NCBI GenBank assembly: GCA_050253075.1
Contig: JBFWJS010000006.1
Coordinates: 128,001-192,000, forward strand
DNA: 64,000 nt
DNA from: Deferribacterales bacterium
Lineage (GTDB): Bacteria; Chrysiogenota; Deferribacteres; Deferribacterales; Geovibrionaceae
Direction of reading: 5' to 3'
Positions 47,040 through 58,482 of the stretch are shown in pieces. The position numbers were made by a program, and so were the translations under genes. Numbering within the stretch: position 1 is the first letter of the stretch; the number at the start of each line of letters is the position of its first letter. Below the pieces are notes generated by a model. The model saw nothing but the letters and a program-made list of their open reading frames with translations. It ran no database searches and had not been told where the DNA came from.

Positions 47040-47984
47040 TTATTTTTTTGAAGTATATGTAAGCCTGTCGTTGTCGTTGACAGTGAATTTAAGTCCTTTC
47101 AGAGGCTGTTTGTAAGCGCCCAGCCCGGCTATTGTTCTGCTGTTGTAAGATATGGAGACAACTGCAGCGTTTCCTATATCCATTACGAAATTATCGTGGA
47201 AAACAACATCACGCTGATTACCTTTCTCAGCGATGAAGTCCATCTCTTCTTTATCGTCTATCTTTATGTGTACCCAGCAGACATCGGCAAAGTTCACAAT
47301 GGCTGTCTTCGCTGCTGTCATGGGCTCTTCTTTCACATCAGGGAGAAATGCGGAAAGTGCCGCAGAGTCTTCTTTCTTTACTTCCTGTTTTGCGGGCTCG
47401 GCAGGTTTCTCAGTTTTTGCTGCGGGTTTATGCTCTGCCTTTTTCTCTTCGGCGGGCTTCTCTGCCGGATGTTCAGCGTCTTTATTTATGCTTTCGATCA
47501 CCTCTTTCACCTCTTCGGTGCTTACAGGGGTGTCTACGGTGACGTCTACATCCTTCTTCACTTCTTCTTTAACTGTTTCGTTAGCTTTCAGCTCGGAGCC
47601 CTTTTCCATAGCCATGAAGACCTTGAAACCGAGGAACGCTATAACAACCACAAGCACGACAGGTATGATAAACTTTGCGCCTGAAGGTGCAGAGCCCTGC
47701 TCTTTTGTGACTGGAGCTGCCACATACTTCACCTCACGGTTGAAGTCTTCTTTAGTACATTCTTCGTCGAAGAGCTCCTGAACCTTATCCATCTCCAGTT
47801 TAAGGTATGAAGCATAGTTCTTCACAAAGTTCTTTGCGTGGTTGTACGAAGGCATGGATTTGAACTCTCCTGCCTCCAGCACGGCTATGATATCCGCACT
47901 GATCCTTGTCTCTTCGGTAGCTTTATCTATGTCAAAACCGAGGGTTTCTCTCTTATTCTTAAGTGTTGCGCCAAGTTTACTCAT
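47040..47984 (-). CDS. rodZ: RodZ-like protein (HTH, TM, C-terminal periplasmic domain)
   Basis: LGATLKNKRE..LE.G..YASYL, TM, CWVHI..DIGNA. Confidence 0.85.
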   Translation of the reverse strand: MSKLGATLKNKRETLGFDIDKATEETRISADIIAVLEAGEFKSMPSYNHAKNFVKNYASYLKLEMDKVQELFDEECTKEDFNREVKYVAAPVTKEQGSAPSGAKFIIPVVLVVVIAFLGFKVFMAMEKGSELKANETVKEEVKKDVDVTVDTPVSTEEVKEVIESINKDAEHPAEKPAEEKKAEHKPAAKTEKPAEPAKQEVKKEDSAALSAFLPDVKEEPMTAAKTAIVNFADVCWVHIKIDDKEEMDFIAEKGNQRDVVFHDNFVMDIGNAAVVSISYNSRTIAGLGAYKQPLKGLKFTVNDNDRLTYTSKK

Positions 47985-47995
47985 CTCATTGTCCC

Positions 47996-48769
47996 TTATG
48001 ACTGATTTTTTTCGTATATGAGTTTAAGACCGTTCAGGGTAAGGTTTGGTTCGTATCTTTCAATATATGCGCTGTCGGGGGTGAAAATGCTCCCCAGACC
48101 GCCTGTAGATATAACGTGTACCCTCTCGTCTCCAAACTCTTCGTCTATAATACGTTTCAATATCCCGTCCAGCATGGCGAGATATCCGTAATATATGCCT
48201 GACTGTATGGAATGTATAGTGTTTTTACCTATTACACTGTCTACTTTTTCTATTTCGACCTCAGGCAGTTTCGCCGTATTGGAGTGCAGTATCTGTGACG
48301 ACAGCTTCACCCCCGGACATATAACACCGCCGATGTAGTCGCCGTTCTTATTTATAACGTCGAATGTGGTGGCAGTGCCGAAGTCCACGACTATAGCAGG
48401 AAACCCCACGCTGTCCTTTGCAGCGACAGCATTGACTATCCTGTCTGCTCCGACCTCTTTCGGGTTTTCCATCTTTATGCTGATGCCCGTCTTTATCCCC
48501 GGAGCGATAACGATAGGCTCGTGATCCAGATACTTTCTGGAGAGCTTTGTAAATGTGTATATAAGTCTGGGCACGACAGATGCAATGATAACGCCCGATA
48601 TGTCGGATATCTTTATCCCCTCGGACTCCATGAGACGCATAAGCGTCGATGCATATTCGTCTGTTGTGCGCATTGTGTTTGACTGAACTCGGAAGTTGCT
48701 TCGGATCTCTCCGTTTTCAAAGATACCTATCACAACGTTTGTATTGCCTATATCAACGGCAAAGATCAT
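47996..48769 (-). CDS. coaX: Type III pantothenate kinase
   Basis: DIGNT, VGADR, VDFGTATT, STGG. Confidence 0.95.
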   Translation of the reverse strand: MIFAVDIGNTNVVIGIFENGEIRSNFRVQSNTMRTTDEYASTLMRLMESEGIKISDISGVIIASVVPRLIYTFTKLSRKYLDHEPIVIAPGIKTGISIKMENPKEVGADRIVNAVAAKDSVGFPAIVVDFGTATTFDVINKNGDYIGGVICPGVKLSSQILHSNTAKLPEVEIEKVDSVIGKNTIHSIQSGIYYGYLAMLDGILKRIIDEEFGDERVHVISTGGLGSIFTPDSAYIERYEPNLTLNGLKLIYEKNQS

Positions 48770-49514
48770 ACCCTATATCCCCGGTGATGATGGTCTTCAG
48801 ACTGCCATGTTCGTCGAGAGCACGTAAACAGCCCGTCGCATCTATACCTTTCTCAGTATAAATAGTTTTAACACCATCTTTATGTATTGCAATCTTTTTG
48901 TCAAGATATGCGGAATAAACTGACCAAAGTTTTACGATATCTATACGTCCGCTTCTGAAAAGATCGAAGGAATTCTCGAATGCAGACATGAAGGATGCAA
49001 GTATCTTTTCACGGTTCTGCTTCTCCCCTGTTTCTTTATAGATGGATGTGGCGATGTCTTTTATCTCTTCGGGGAAGCTCTCTGCATTAACATTCAGCCC
49101 TATCCCCAGCACAGTCTTCTCAAGCACTCCGCCTGAGAATGATGTCTCCATAAGGATGCCCGCCAGCTTTCTGCCGTTTACCACCATGTCGTTAGGCCAT
49201 TTGACCTTTGCATCTACGAAGCCTCTTAGGGTGTCTGCGAGGATGTATCCCGCATAGATATTCAGCGGAAGGAGCATAGATGAGTCTATGCCGTCTATCA
49301 CGACTGAAAAATACAGATTTGCGTCGGTATCCGAGTGCCAGACACGTCCGCTGCGCCCCCGCCCGGCTGTCTGCCTGTCGGCTATGACACAGGTAAAAGG
49401 CGCAAGGTCACTTTTAACGGCGTATGCGTTGGTAGAATCAACTTCTTCAAGATGTACGATCTTCCCTTCTTTGCCGTAAAAATTCAGATAAGCCGAAACA
49501 TCAAACCCCTGCAA
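48753..49514 (-). CDS. birA: Biotin--protein ligase (no N-terminal HTH)
   Basis: DSTN, QTAGRGR, KWPND, KLAGIL; probable TTG start at 49514. Confidence 0.92.
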   Translation of the reverse strand: MQGFDVSAYLNFYGKEGKIVHLEEVDSTNAYAVKSDLAPFTCVIADRQTAGRGRSGRVWHSDTDANLYFSVVIDGIDSSMLLPLNIYAGYILADTLRGFVDAKVKWPNDMVVNGRKLAGILMETSFSGGVLEKTVLGIGLNVNAESFPEEIKDIATSIYKETGEKQNREKILASFMSAFENSFDLFRSGRIDIVKLWSVYSAYLDKKIAIHKDGVKTIYTEKGIDATGCLRALDEHGSLKTIITGDIGYDLCR

Positions 49515-49854
49515 GTTTAGACACCTTCGCAACAAGCTCTTCGAGGTCGCTTGATTTATAAACCAGCGAGTCGTAATGGATGTCAGTATGCTTTTCGAGT
49601 CTTTCAGGGTTTGCTGTATATATCACGACAGGTACATCAGGAGCCTGACTTTTCAGCTTTTTCGCTACCTGTTCACCTGTGAGTTTAGGCATATTAAGGT
49701 CAAGAACAACAACGTCTACGTGCTGTTCGGAGAAGGCAACTACCCCTTCCTCTCCGTCCACGGCAGTGACGACATTATATCCGTTATCACAAAATTCATC
49801 TCTCAACAGCAGTCTTATGCTTTCATCATCGTCTACAACGAGCAAAGTCTTCAA
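49501..49854 (-). CDS. Single-domain response regulator
   Basis: VVDDD, LDLNMP, YTA, K. Confidence 0.9.
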   Translation of the reverse strand: MKTLLVVDDDESIRLLLRDEFCDNGYNVVTAVDGEEGVVAFSEQHVDVVVLDLNMPKLTGEQVAKKLKSQAPDVPVVIYTANPERLEKHTDIHYDSLVYKSSDLEELVAKVSKLAGV

Positions 49855-51311
49855 CTTTCCCTCCTCATTACAGATTCGTACAGAGCATTATCGACAAAGT
49901 AATCAACGACTCTATTATCGAGCGCCCTTCTATCTGCTTCCTCTTTCAGTATAGCACATGCTTTTTCCACAGGCATTGCCTTTTTATAAGGTCTGTCGGC
50001 AGCGGTCAGAGCATCAAAGATGTCCGCCACGGCCATGATGCGACCCTGCATATGTATCTGCTCTCCTGCCAGTCCGAAGGGATACCCCTTCCCGTCTATT
50101 CGCTCATGGTGGAGTGCAGCGACCACGGGGATGAGCTTAAGCTCGTTTGTCCACGGGATCTTTATAAGGAAATCGAACGTATGGTTCGCATGGCTTTGTA
50201 TAATCTCACGCTCCTCACCTGTAAGAGAGCCTCTCTTTATAGAAAGGTAGTAATACTCTATATCGGTGAGCAGTGTGTGCTTAACTCCGTCAAAGTCTTC
50301 AAATTCATAATGAAGACATTTATCAAGCCCGCCGCTGGTATCATCGTCCAGTACGGTGGGAATATTAGCTTTTCTTATCATGCCGAGCAAAGTGCCCAGC
50401 TCGTCTATCTCTTCCTGAGACTTTCCGTTCAGCTTTGCCATCGCCTTTGCAGTGCCGAAGCGGTATTCGATAACCTCGAGCATCCCGGGGTACAGCTTGT
50501 TCGCTTTCTGCAGTACATTCTCGCTGATGACCAGCTTGCCAAAGTCGTGAAGCATGCAAGAGTATTTAAGGCATCTGAGCTCCGCAGGGCTCAGCTTGAA
50601 ATCAGGCCACGCCTCGTCGTCTTCGCTCATTGCCTCTGCCGTGACCATTGTATAGTCTGTCACACGCTGAGAGTGACCGCCTGTCACAGGGTCCCGTGAG
50701 TCGATCGCCGTCATACATGCAGAGATGAAACCCTCCCACATCTCCTCTATACTGTTGTAAAGGAGTGCGTTCTCAAGAGCCATGCCTACGATACCGCTGA
50801 GTGAGTGAGCAGTACGCTCGTCATCAGCGGTGAAAGGTATCACGACCTCATGGGCATTCTCAGGGGAGATCTTCTCATCCTTCACCTTTTTATTAATAAG
50901 CTGAAGAACGCCTATGATCCTGTTGTTTATATCGTTTATGGGAAATACCAGCATGGATACCGTCTTGTATCCGGACATCTTGTCAAAGCTGGGGTTGAAA
51001 TCGAACGGAAACTTAGGGTCGAGGTTGTAAACATCCTCAAGCCTGATGACATTATTACGTACTGCGCAGAAGCCCGCTATGCTGTGTTCGTTTGCAGGCA
51101 TACGGAAAGAGTTGAACGGCAGATCAAGGGAGTCGTTCTGAGTGTATTTAAATATAAGCTCGTCCGATTCATCGTTGTAAATGAAGATGCTTCCGGCATC
51201 GGCATCGAGCATGTCACGTATCCGTGTAAGCATTGTATCCAGCAGTTCATCCAGGTCTCTTATGCGCACCAGAGAGTAAGCCAGATCAATGAAAGAGTTT
51301 TCTTTAAGCAT
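49851..51311 (-). CDS. GAF + HD-GYP phosphodiesterase
   Basis: GAF (DKMSGY, QLINK), GHSQRV, LHDFGK, HHERIDGKGYP, DIFDAL. Confidence 0.92.
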   Translation of the reverse strand: MLKENSFIDLAYSLVRIRDLDELLDTMLTRIRDMLDADAGSIFIYNDESDELIFKYTQNDSLDLPFNSFRMPANEHSIAGFCAVRNNVIRLEDVYNLDPKFPFDFNPSFDKMSGYKTVSMLVFPINDINNRIIGVLQLINKKVKDEKISPENAHEVVIPFTADDERTAHSLSGIVGMALENALLYNSIEEMWEGFISACMTAIDSRDPVTGGHSQRVTDYTMVTAEAMSEDDEAWPDFKLSPAELRCLKYSCMLHDFGKLVISENVLQKANKLYPGMLEVIEYRFGTAKAMAKLNGKSQEEIDELGTLLGMIRKANIPTVLDDDTSGGLDKCLHYEFEDFDGVKHTLLTDIEYYYLSIKRGSLTGEEREIIQSHANHTFDFLIKIPWTNELKLIPVVAALHHERIDGKGYPFGLAGEQIHMQGRIMAVADIFDALTAADRPYKKAMPVEKACAILKEEADRRALDNRVVDYFVDNALYESVMRRES

Positions 51312-51534
51312 TAAGCCACTCGTTAAATCATAATTGTTAAAGTATATCAGTAATAATCAGCGCATGCATGTTTTTATAATACATCAATCATAAAACACTA
51401 ACAAACGACTTTCATCTTTTCAATATAAATATGCGGAAAAGTCATGATTCAATACTTTATTATGCTCAGTTTACTACTTGATAATGTAAAGCCAGTTGTG
51501 CTAGTTTACGAGTTCGATAATCAGGAGGATTCAG

Positions 51535-54090
51535 ATGAAATACAGCCCCGCAGACATAGAGACCAAATGGCAGAAGATATGGGAGGATAAAAAGCTCTTT
51601 AAAGTAGAAAAAGACAGCTCGAAAGAGAAGTTCTACTGCCTCGAGATGTTCCCATACCCTTCGGGTAAAATCCATATGGGTCACGTTAGAAACTATGCCA
51701 TCGGGGACGTCATCTCCAGATATAAATTCATGAAAGGTCTGAACGTTCTGCACCCTATGGGCTGGGATGCTTTCGGACTGCCCGCAGAGAACGCAGCGAT
51801 TGAAAACTCCACCCACCCCGCAGTATGGACAAAGCAGAACATCAGCTATATGAAAGAACAGCTGAAAAAGCTCGGTCTCTCATACGACTGGGACAGAGAG
51901 ATAGCCACATGCGACCCTGAGTATTACAAATGGGAGCAGAAGGTCTTCATCGAAATGTGGGAAAAGGGACTCATCTATAAAAAGAAATCCCACCTGAACT
52001 GGTGCGACGACTGCAACACCGTACTCGCAAACGAGCAGGTAGAAGAAGGCGCCTGCTGGAGATGCGGACACGAAGTACAGATAAAAGAGCTCGACGGATG
52101 GTATCTCAAGATAACAGACTATGCCGATGAGCTACTCGAATATACAGAGAGCAAGATGCCCGGATGGCCTGCGAAGGTTCTCACCATGCAGCAGAACTGG
52201 ATAGGCAAATCTTACGGAGCTGAGATCAACTTTAAAGTTAAAGACCTCGATGAAAAGATAAAAGTATTCACCACGAGACCGGACACGCTCTTCGGCGCGA
52301 CATTCATGTCCATCGCCCCTGAGCACCCTATCGCTAAAACCCTCCTCGCAGGTACCGAGCAGGAGAAAGACGGTCTCGCATTCATAGACTCCATCCTTAA
52401 AGAAGATAAAGTGAACAGGATGGACGACGACAAAGAGAAACGCGGACACTTCACAGGCAGATACGTGACAAACCCTGTCACAGGTATCGACATGCCTGTC
52501 TATATAGCAAACTTTGTCCTTATGGATTACGGTACGGGGGCTGTTATGGCTGTCCCCGCACACGACCAGAGAGACTTTGAATTTGCAAAGAAATACGGCT
52601 GTGACCTTAAGATAGTCATCATGCCTGAGGAAGGACTCGAGCTCGACAGCATGACAGAGGCATACTCAGGCGCAGGAAAGCTCGTACAGTCAGGCAAGTT
52701 CGACGGCATGTCTAACGAAGATGCGAAAAAGGCTATCGTGGAATGGCTCGACGAGCAGGGCATAGGCAAAACAACCATAAACTATCGTCTCCGTGACTGG
52801 CAGATATCACGCCAGAGATACTGGGGCGCACCTATTCCGTTTATCCAGTGTGACAAATGCGGAACAGTCCCCGTGCCGAAGGATCAGCTCCCCGTTGAGC
52901 TCCCTGACGTGGACTTCAACCCTTCCATGAGAGGTAACCCTCTCGATAAGGTAGAGAGCTTTGTAAAAACCAAATGCCCTAAATGCGGCGGCGACGCCCG
53001 CAGAGAGACAGACACCATGGACACATTCATGGAGTCTTCATGGTATTTCCTCAGATATACATCTCCGAAGTGCGACACGGCGCCTTTTAACAAAGAGGAA
53101 GCCGACTATTGGATGAACGTTGACCAGTACATCGGCGGTATAGAGCACGCTATTCTCCACCTGCTCTATTCACGCTTTTACACAAAGGTTCTGCGTGACC
53201 TCGGATACGTCACCATAGACGAGCCTTTCAACAGACTGCTCACACAGGGTATGGTTTGTAAAGAAACATATAAATGCCCTGAGCACGGATGGCTCTTCCC
53301 CGAAGAGGCCGAAGGCGGCAAGTGCGCTAAATGCGGCAAGGACGTTGTGATCGGACGTGTGGAGAAGATGTCTAAATCCAAAAAGAATGTTGTAGACCCT
53401 AATAAACTTATAAAAGAATACGGCGCCGACACGGCAAGGCTGTTCATCCTCTTTGCTTCACCTCCTGAAAGAGAGCTGGAGTGGAGCGACAGCGGTGTAG
53501 AGGGTTCATTCAGATTCCTCGGACGTGTATGGCGACTGATACAGAACAACATAGAGCTTTTCAAAGCTGAGCTCCCTGCTGCCGTGGAGGACGACATCAC
53601 CAAAGAGATCCTCTTCCACCAGAACGTAACGGTTAAGAAGATAACCGAAGACATCGAGAGATATCAGCTTAACACCTGTGTGGCTGCGCTTATGGAGTTC
53701 GTAAACAACCTTTACGCTCTCGAACCTAAGCTCGGCGAAGGTAATAAGGCAGTTTTCAGAGATGCAGTGTATACTCTGATGAAGCTGATAGCACCTTTCA
53801 CACCTCACGCTGCGGAGGAACTTTTCGAGCTGGCTGGCTTCGAAGGACTCATATCCAGAAGCGAATGGCCTTCATTCGACGAGAAGCTCACTCAGAAAGA
53901 CGACATAACCGTTGCAGTACAGGTTAACGGAAAGCTGAGAGGACAGATAGATATCCCGAGAAGCATGGGTAAAGACGATGTGCTCGCCACTGCAAAGCAG
54001 AATGAGAACGTCTCCAAGTATCTCGAAGGTATGAACATAGTTAAAGAAATATACGTGCCTAACAAGCTCGTAAACTTTGTGGTGAAGTAA
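51535..54090 (+). CDS. leuS: Leucine--tRNA ligase
   Basis: MFPYPSG, HMGH, KMSKS, CP1 editing domain. Confidence 0.98.
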   Translation: MKYSPADIETKWQKIWEDKKLFKVEKDSSKEKFYCLEMFPYPSGKIHMGHVRNYAIGDVISRYKFMKGLNVLHPMGWDAFGLPAENAAIENSTHPAVWTKQNISYMKEQLKKLGLSYDWDREIATCDPEYYKWEQKVFIEMWEKGLIYKKKSHLNWCDDCNTVLANEQVEEGACWRCGHEVQIKELDGWYLKITDYADELLEYTESKMPGWPAKVLTMQQNWIGKSYGAEINFKVKDLDEKIKVFTTRPDTLFGATFMSIAPEHPIAKTLLAGTEQEKDGLAFIDSILKEDKVNRMDDDKEKRGHFTGRYVTNPVTGIDMPVYIANFVLMDYGTGAVMAVPAHDQRDFEFAKKYGCDLKIVIMPEEGLELDSMTEAYSGAGKLVQSGKFDGMSNEDAKKAIVEWLDEQGIGKTTINYRLRDWQISRQRYWGAPIPFIQCDKCGTVPVPKDQLPVELPDVDFNPSMRGNPLDKVESFVKTKCPKCGGDARRETDTMDTFMESSWYFLRYTSPKCDTAPFNKEEADYWMNVDQYIGGIEHAILHLLYSRFYTKVLRDLGYVTIDEPFNRLLTQGMVCKETYKCPEHGWLFPEEAEGGKCAKCGKDVVIGRVEKMSKSKKNVVDPNKLIKEYGADTARLFILFASPPERELEWSDSGVEGSFRFLGRVWRLIQNNIELFKAELPAAVEDDITKEILFHQNVTVKKITEDIERYQLNTCVAALMEFVNNLYALEPKLGEGNKAVFRDAVYTLMKLIAPFTPHAAEELFELAGFEGLISRSEWPSFDEKLTQKDDITVAVQVNGKLRGQIDIPRSMGKDDVLATAKQNENVSKYLEGMNIVKEIYVPNKLVNFVVK

Positions 54091-54091
54091 A

Positions 54092-54562
54092 ATGAAAATA
54101 AGAGCCGCATTAACAGCAATCGCTTTAGTACTATTTGTCTCAGGATGCGGATACCGTATTGTTATGACAGGTATGGATGCGGCTTTTAAGTTATATCCTG
54201 CAACGATAGAAAACAGATCAAACCGTGTGGAGGGGACATCCGTCTTCAACGATGCGGTTAAGCTGTTCCTCGCTACTAACAACGCTATGGCTGACCGTGA
54301 GGAAGCCGACTACATCGGCAGATTCTCTCTTTTGGAGCTCGACTATAACGCATCGGGTACCAGCACCATATCCGCAAGGATAAAGATGGAGATAGAGATC
54401 ACAGACAAAGAGGGTAAACAGGTCTATACCAAGGTCTTAAGCAGCTTTGCCAACAGCTCATCCGAAACATCAAGCAATCAAAACGACGAGAATAAGGCAG
54501 AAGCCATCAGAAGCGCCGTAGAGAAAGCTATGCAGGTATTCAGAAATGAGTTCGATAAATAG
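54092..54562 (+). CDS. lptE: LptE-like lipoprotein
   Basis: SGCGY lipobox; conserved leuS-lptE-holA order. Confidence 0.7.
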   Translation: MKIRAALTAIALVLFVSGCGYRIVMTGMDAAFKLYPATIENRSNRVEGTSVFNDAVKLFLATNNAMADREEADYIGRFSLLELDYNASGTSTISARIKMEIEITDKEGKQVYTKVLSSFANSSSETSSNQNDENKAEAIRSAVEKAMQVFRNEFDK

Positions 54563-55445
54563 CAAAAACTATATAACAGGCAGCGACTTCTTTCAGGAAG
54601 AAGAGCTGAAGAAGATACTCGGCCGGCTCGAAGACTGCGAGGTTGAGTCCTTCTCTCCTGAGGATTTCAGTCAGGAGTTCTTCTTTAACTTCATAAACAC
54701 CCCTTCCCTCTTTCAGGAGACGAAGGCGGCCGTTGTCAAATCGGCACATAAGGTAAAAGGCATAGGTGATGTGATATCCAAATGCAAAGACTGCATGGAA
54801 TCCACGCTCATCTTCGCTTCTTCGGAAACAAAGCTGACCAAAGAAATAAGCTCTGCTCTGAAAGAAGCAGGCTTTCAGACACTTGCCGAGAAAAAAGCGA
54901 ATAAATACGACATGACATCCCGCATACTGCAGATGTTCTCTGATGCGGATTTCAAGATAGACTCCGCCAGTGCGCAGGAGCTCAATGAGATATTCGAAGG
55001 CGATCTGAAACAGGTTTCCAACGAGATAGAAAAGCTCTCCCTGTACTTCGCATATAAAAAGCCTCAGTCCGCAGCAGACATCATGAAGGCTGTAACAGCG
55101 AGGAAGCAGGACAACATCTTCACATTCATAGATGCATTCACCGTCCGCCGTAAGGACACATGCACTGTAATGTTCCACAGCTTTCTTTCATCGGGTGAGA
55201 ACCTTAGCATACTGATAAACCTGCTCTTCCGCAGGATGAAAGAGCTGTATCTTTACATAAATCTGAAAGATCAGGTGAAGGAAAACCGCCCGTGGATGCT
55301 GGAAAAGATAAAGGCAGGAGCACGCTCATGGAACAGAGAAGACCTGCTGATGCTTTACGGATTATTCGCAGATCTGGATTATAAGAGTAAGACAGGTCAG
55401 ATCTCCCTCGAAAACTATATGACAAGGCTCATCGCCGCTTTATAA
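54546..55445 (+). CDS. holA: DNA polymerase III subunit delta
   Basis: TPSLF, NEIEKL..Y, D..SKTG; synteny. Confidence 0.8.
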   Translation: MSSINSKNYITGSDFFQEEELKKILGRLEDCEVESFSPEDFSQEFFFNFINTPSLFQETKAAVVKSAHKVKGIGDVISKCKDCMESTLIFASSETKLTKEISSALKEAGFQTLAEKKANKYDMTSRILQMFSDADFKIDSASAQELNEIFEGDLKQVSNEIEKLSLYFAYKKPQSAADIMKAVTARKQDNIFTFIDAFTVRRKDTCTVMFHSFLSSGENLSILINLLFRRMKELYLYINLKDQVKENRPWMLEKIKAGARSWNREDLLMLYGLFADLDYKSKTGQISLENYMTRLIAAL

Positions 55446-56127
55446 ATTCTCCGCCCTTTTCAAGCCTTACAGTGCCATTTTCATCATCAAATACAGTGTG
55501 CGCCGTCAGCACAGTTACGCCTGCATCATATGCCTCGTATAGAGCGTCTGCATATGCAGGGTCTATCTCGTGTGCGGGTCTGAAATACTTTTTATCTATC
55601 TGACAGAGGTAGAGCATCACGGGGATATAGCCGTCCTCCATAGACTCTGTGAGTATACGCAGGTGCTTACGCCCTCTTTCCGTCACCGCATCGGGAAACA
55701 TGCAGGTATCCTCGTCGAAGAGCGTTACGTTCTTCACCTCGATAAGGCACTTGCCCATTGAGCATTCTACATAGAAGTCTATGCGGCCGTCCTTATACTT
55801 ATACTCAGGCTTTACGCTGTATATCTCGCCCAGTTCAGCTATCTCGCCGTCCTCTATGGCGTGCTTCACCACACGGTTCATCAGGATGGTGTTCGTCAGC
55901 ATCCATTCACCGTCCACGTAGAAAGCCTCTAATGTGTGCTTCAGCTTGCGCTTAGGGTTGTCGGATTCGCTGATAAGGACATCACGCCCCTCTTTTACCA
56001 CGCACTTCATCGAGCCGGTGTTCGGGTTATGGACAGTGAGCAAACTATCCTCTGTTTCGACATCGGTGAAGAATCTTTTATATCTTTTTATAAACTTTGC
56101 TTTCAGTAGTTTGTGGTATGTGTACAA
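55429..56127 (-). CDS. sfsA: SfsA-family nuclease
   Basis: RYKRF, HNPNTGSM, IEVKNV, FPDAVTERGRKHL. Confidence 0.93.
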   Translation of the reverse strand: MYTYHKLLKAKFIKRYKRFFTDVETEDSLLTVHNPNTGSMKCVVKEGRDVLISESDNPKRKLKHTLEAFYVDGEWMLTNTILMNRVVKHAIEDGEIAELGEIYSVKPEYKYKDGRIDFYVECSMGKCLIEVKNVTLFDEDTCMFPDAVTERGRKHLRILTESMEDGYIPVMLYLCQIDKKYFRPAHEIDPAYADALYEAYDAGVTVLTAHTVFDDENGTVRLEKGGEFIKRR

Positions 56128-56216
56128 GCTGATTAGCCCCCTTTGGGTATTTTTTCACTTTACAAACAGGCCGTAACTGACTATTTTTACTCCTGCTTAC
56201 AACAACTATATAAACT

Positions 56217-56915
56217 ATGAACATGAAAAACTATATAAACAATATCAAAACTACAGTAATTCTACTTATGGTAATACTGATAGCCTTTGCAACTCTCAAC
56301 TCTATCTATCTCTTTAAGCTGAGCGGCAACATCGAAGATATCAGTGAAGAAACAACTAAAACAACAGACGACTTCTACGAGCTTTCAGAAAAGCTGAAAG
56401 ACGAAAAGGAAAAGATGTCATTCATGGCGCATGTCATGGATATCAAAAATGTCCTCGATACATTCGACAGGAATACAAGCTCATACAATACTATGGACTT
56501 CGCATACCTCATAGCTAAGGAATCCTTCGAGAACAACCTCGACCCTTTCCTTGTGCTCGCTGTTGTTAAAACTGAAAGTTCTTTCCGACAAAGTGTCGTG
56601 TCGCATAAAGGTGCGATAGGGCTCATGCAGATACTGCCGAACACGGCTAACTATGTCTCGGGCATGGTTGAGCACATAGACATCAGCAGTTCAAACGAGC
56701 TCTTCGAACCTCAGACAAATGTCACAATCGGCATCAATTATCTCTCCTATCTGATAAACAAGTTTGAAAACCGCAAATACGCCATCATAGCCTATAATAT
56801 GGGACCGACAAACCTTGTTAAAAAGATACGTTCAGGCGAACGTCTCCCCGAGAGATACTACCGCAGCGTTATGAGAAACTATAAACAGCTTCTTTCACTC
56901 TCCGGCAGGGCTTAA
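56217..56915 (+). CDS. Lytic transglycosylase (SLT domain)
   Basis: TESSF, GAIGLMQI, AYNMG. Confidence 0.9.
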   Translation: MNMKNYINNIKTTVILLMVILIAFATLNSIYLFKLSGNIEDISEETTKTTDDFYELSEKLKDEKEKMSFMAHVMDIKNVLDTFDRNTSSYNTMDFAYLIAKESFENNLDPFLVLAVVKTESSFRQSVVSHKGAIGLMQILPNTANYVSGMVEHIDISSSNELFEPQTNVTIGINYLSYLINKFENRKYAIIAYNMGPTNLVKKIRSGERLPERYYRSVMRNYKQLLSLSGRA

Positions 56916-56921
56916 TATAAG

Positions 56922-57638
56922 TTGAAAGGTATAAATGTTCTCCTTTCAAGGACAGAGGGTCCGATAAACCTCGGCTTTATAGCCAGAGCAATGGCAAACA
57001 CAGGCTTCTCCTCCCTCTCTTATACCGGAGAGATACCGAAACACCATCCAAAAGCGCTCAAATACGCTCTGCACGCCGAAAACATCTTATCTTCCGCCGT
57101 GCATGCATCCTCTTTTGAAGAGCTCATATCTAAAAGCGACATACTGATAGGCTTCACCCCCAGAGCACCGTTTGAGAATTCGCTCCAATTCGAGGAGCTC
57201 CGTACATACACAGGGGAAAAGCTGTCCGAGGGATTGACAGTCGGGCTGCTCTTCGGCAATGAAGCATCGGGGCTGAATAATAACGAGGCCGCTGCATGCA
57301 CGAGAACCGTAGCACTCCCCACCAGCGAGGAATATGCCAGCATGAATCTGGCGCAGGCTGTCATGGTTACACTGTGGGAGCTGAGAGACACACCCTCCAT
57401 ATCCGCCGAACCATCCGAAAAAGCCGATAGAAAGACAAAGGACACATTAATAAATGTTGTGTCGAACCATCTGGAGCTGATAGAATACTTCAACGGACAA
57501 AATCCTGACCCGATAAAACAGGAGATAAACCAGATATTCGAAACAAAAGATCTGTCAAAAAGGGAAGCGGAAATACTCATCTCCGTCTTCGGCAAAAGCA
57601 TAAGCCGATACAGGCATTTACTGAAAAATTCCAAATAA
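56922..57638 (+). CDS. SPOUT RNA methyltransferase, TrmJ/LasT family
   Basis: NLGFIARAMAN.G, FGNEASGL, SMNLAQAV. Confidence 0.88.
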   Translation: MKGINVLLSRTEGPINLGFIARAMANTGFSSLSYTGEIPKHHPKALKYALHAENILSSAVHASSFEELISKSDILIGFTPRAPFENSLQFEELRTYTGEKLSEGLTVGLLFGNEASGLNNNEAAACTRTVALPTSEEYASMNLAQAVMVTLWELRDTPSISAEPSEKADRKTKDTLINVVSNHLELIEYFNGQNPDPIKQEINQIFETKDLSKREAEILISVFGKSISRYRHLLKNSK

Positions 57639-57656
57639 TTTCACAAAATCTCACTA

Positions 57657-57697
57657 TTTTACATTTAATTGACATTATTTTCACAGAGTCTTTACAG
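57657..57697 (+). promoter_or_regulatory. Candidate Pho box (four 11-bp-spaced ACA units) upstream of phoU
   Basis: tttACA, ttgACA, ttcACA, tttACA with ACA at 57661, 57672, 57683 and 57694. Confidence 0.7.
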
Positions 57698-57800
57698 CAA
57701 ACGAGTATTTTTATCTCGTATCATTGAATACTAAGTTGCTGTATAATACATTTACACATGCAAAGAATAGATACTACACAATCCAAGAGGTGTTTATCAG

Positions 57801-58481
57801 ATGACAACTTTCAGACATGAAAAAGAATACGTCCAACTCAAAGGAATGCTGGCTGAGATGGCCACACTGGCATCTTCGATGGTCTCCGACTCTCTCAAAG
57901 CCCTAGTGGAAAGAGACTCCGACCTCGCCAGAAAAGTTATTGAAAAGGACGAACACCTCGATCAGCTCGATGTTGATATCGACGAACACTGTGTTAAGAT
58001 GCTCGCCCTTTTCGAGCCGAAAGCAGTAGACCTCAGATACATCATCACCGCCACACGCATCATCATCGACATAGAGCGTATCGGCGACCATTGCGTCAGC
58101 ATGTGCAGAGACATCCTGAAGATAAACGACCATCCTCAGCTGAAACCATACATTGACCTGCCTAACATGGCAGAAAGCGCAGTAGTGATGCTGAACGATG
58201 CCCTTCAGGCGTTCTTCAACGGAGATACAAAGATAGCTTTCGATGTTATCAAAAGAGACAGCGGTGTGGACCAGCTGAACGATCAGGTGATCAGAGAGCT
58301 GCTCACATACACCATGGAAGACATCAAGACGCTTCAGATAGTGCTCTGGCTGATGAACCTCTCCAGAAGGATAGAACGTGTCGCAGACCACGCCACAAAC
58401 ATCGCAGAGATGGTCTACTACATGGTCGAAGGCAAGATAATAAGACACACATATATAGAAGAAGTCGAAGAGGAAGATTAA
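57801..58481 (+). CDS. phoU: Phosphate signalling protein PhoU
   Basis: P.AVDLR, ERIGDH, ERVADHATNIAE. Confidence 0.95.
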   Translation: MTTFRHEKEYVQLKGMLAEMATLASSMVSDSLKALVERDSDLARKVIEKDEHLDQLDVDIDEHCVKMLALFEPKAVDLRYIITATRIIIDIERIGDHCVSMCRDILKINDHPQLKPYIDLPNMAESAVVMLNDALQAFFNGDTKIAFDVIKRDSGVDQLNDQVIRELLTYTMEDIKTLQIVLWLMNLSRRIERVADHATNIAEMVYYMVEGKIIRHTYIEEVEEED

Positions 58482-58482
58482 T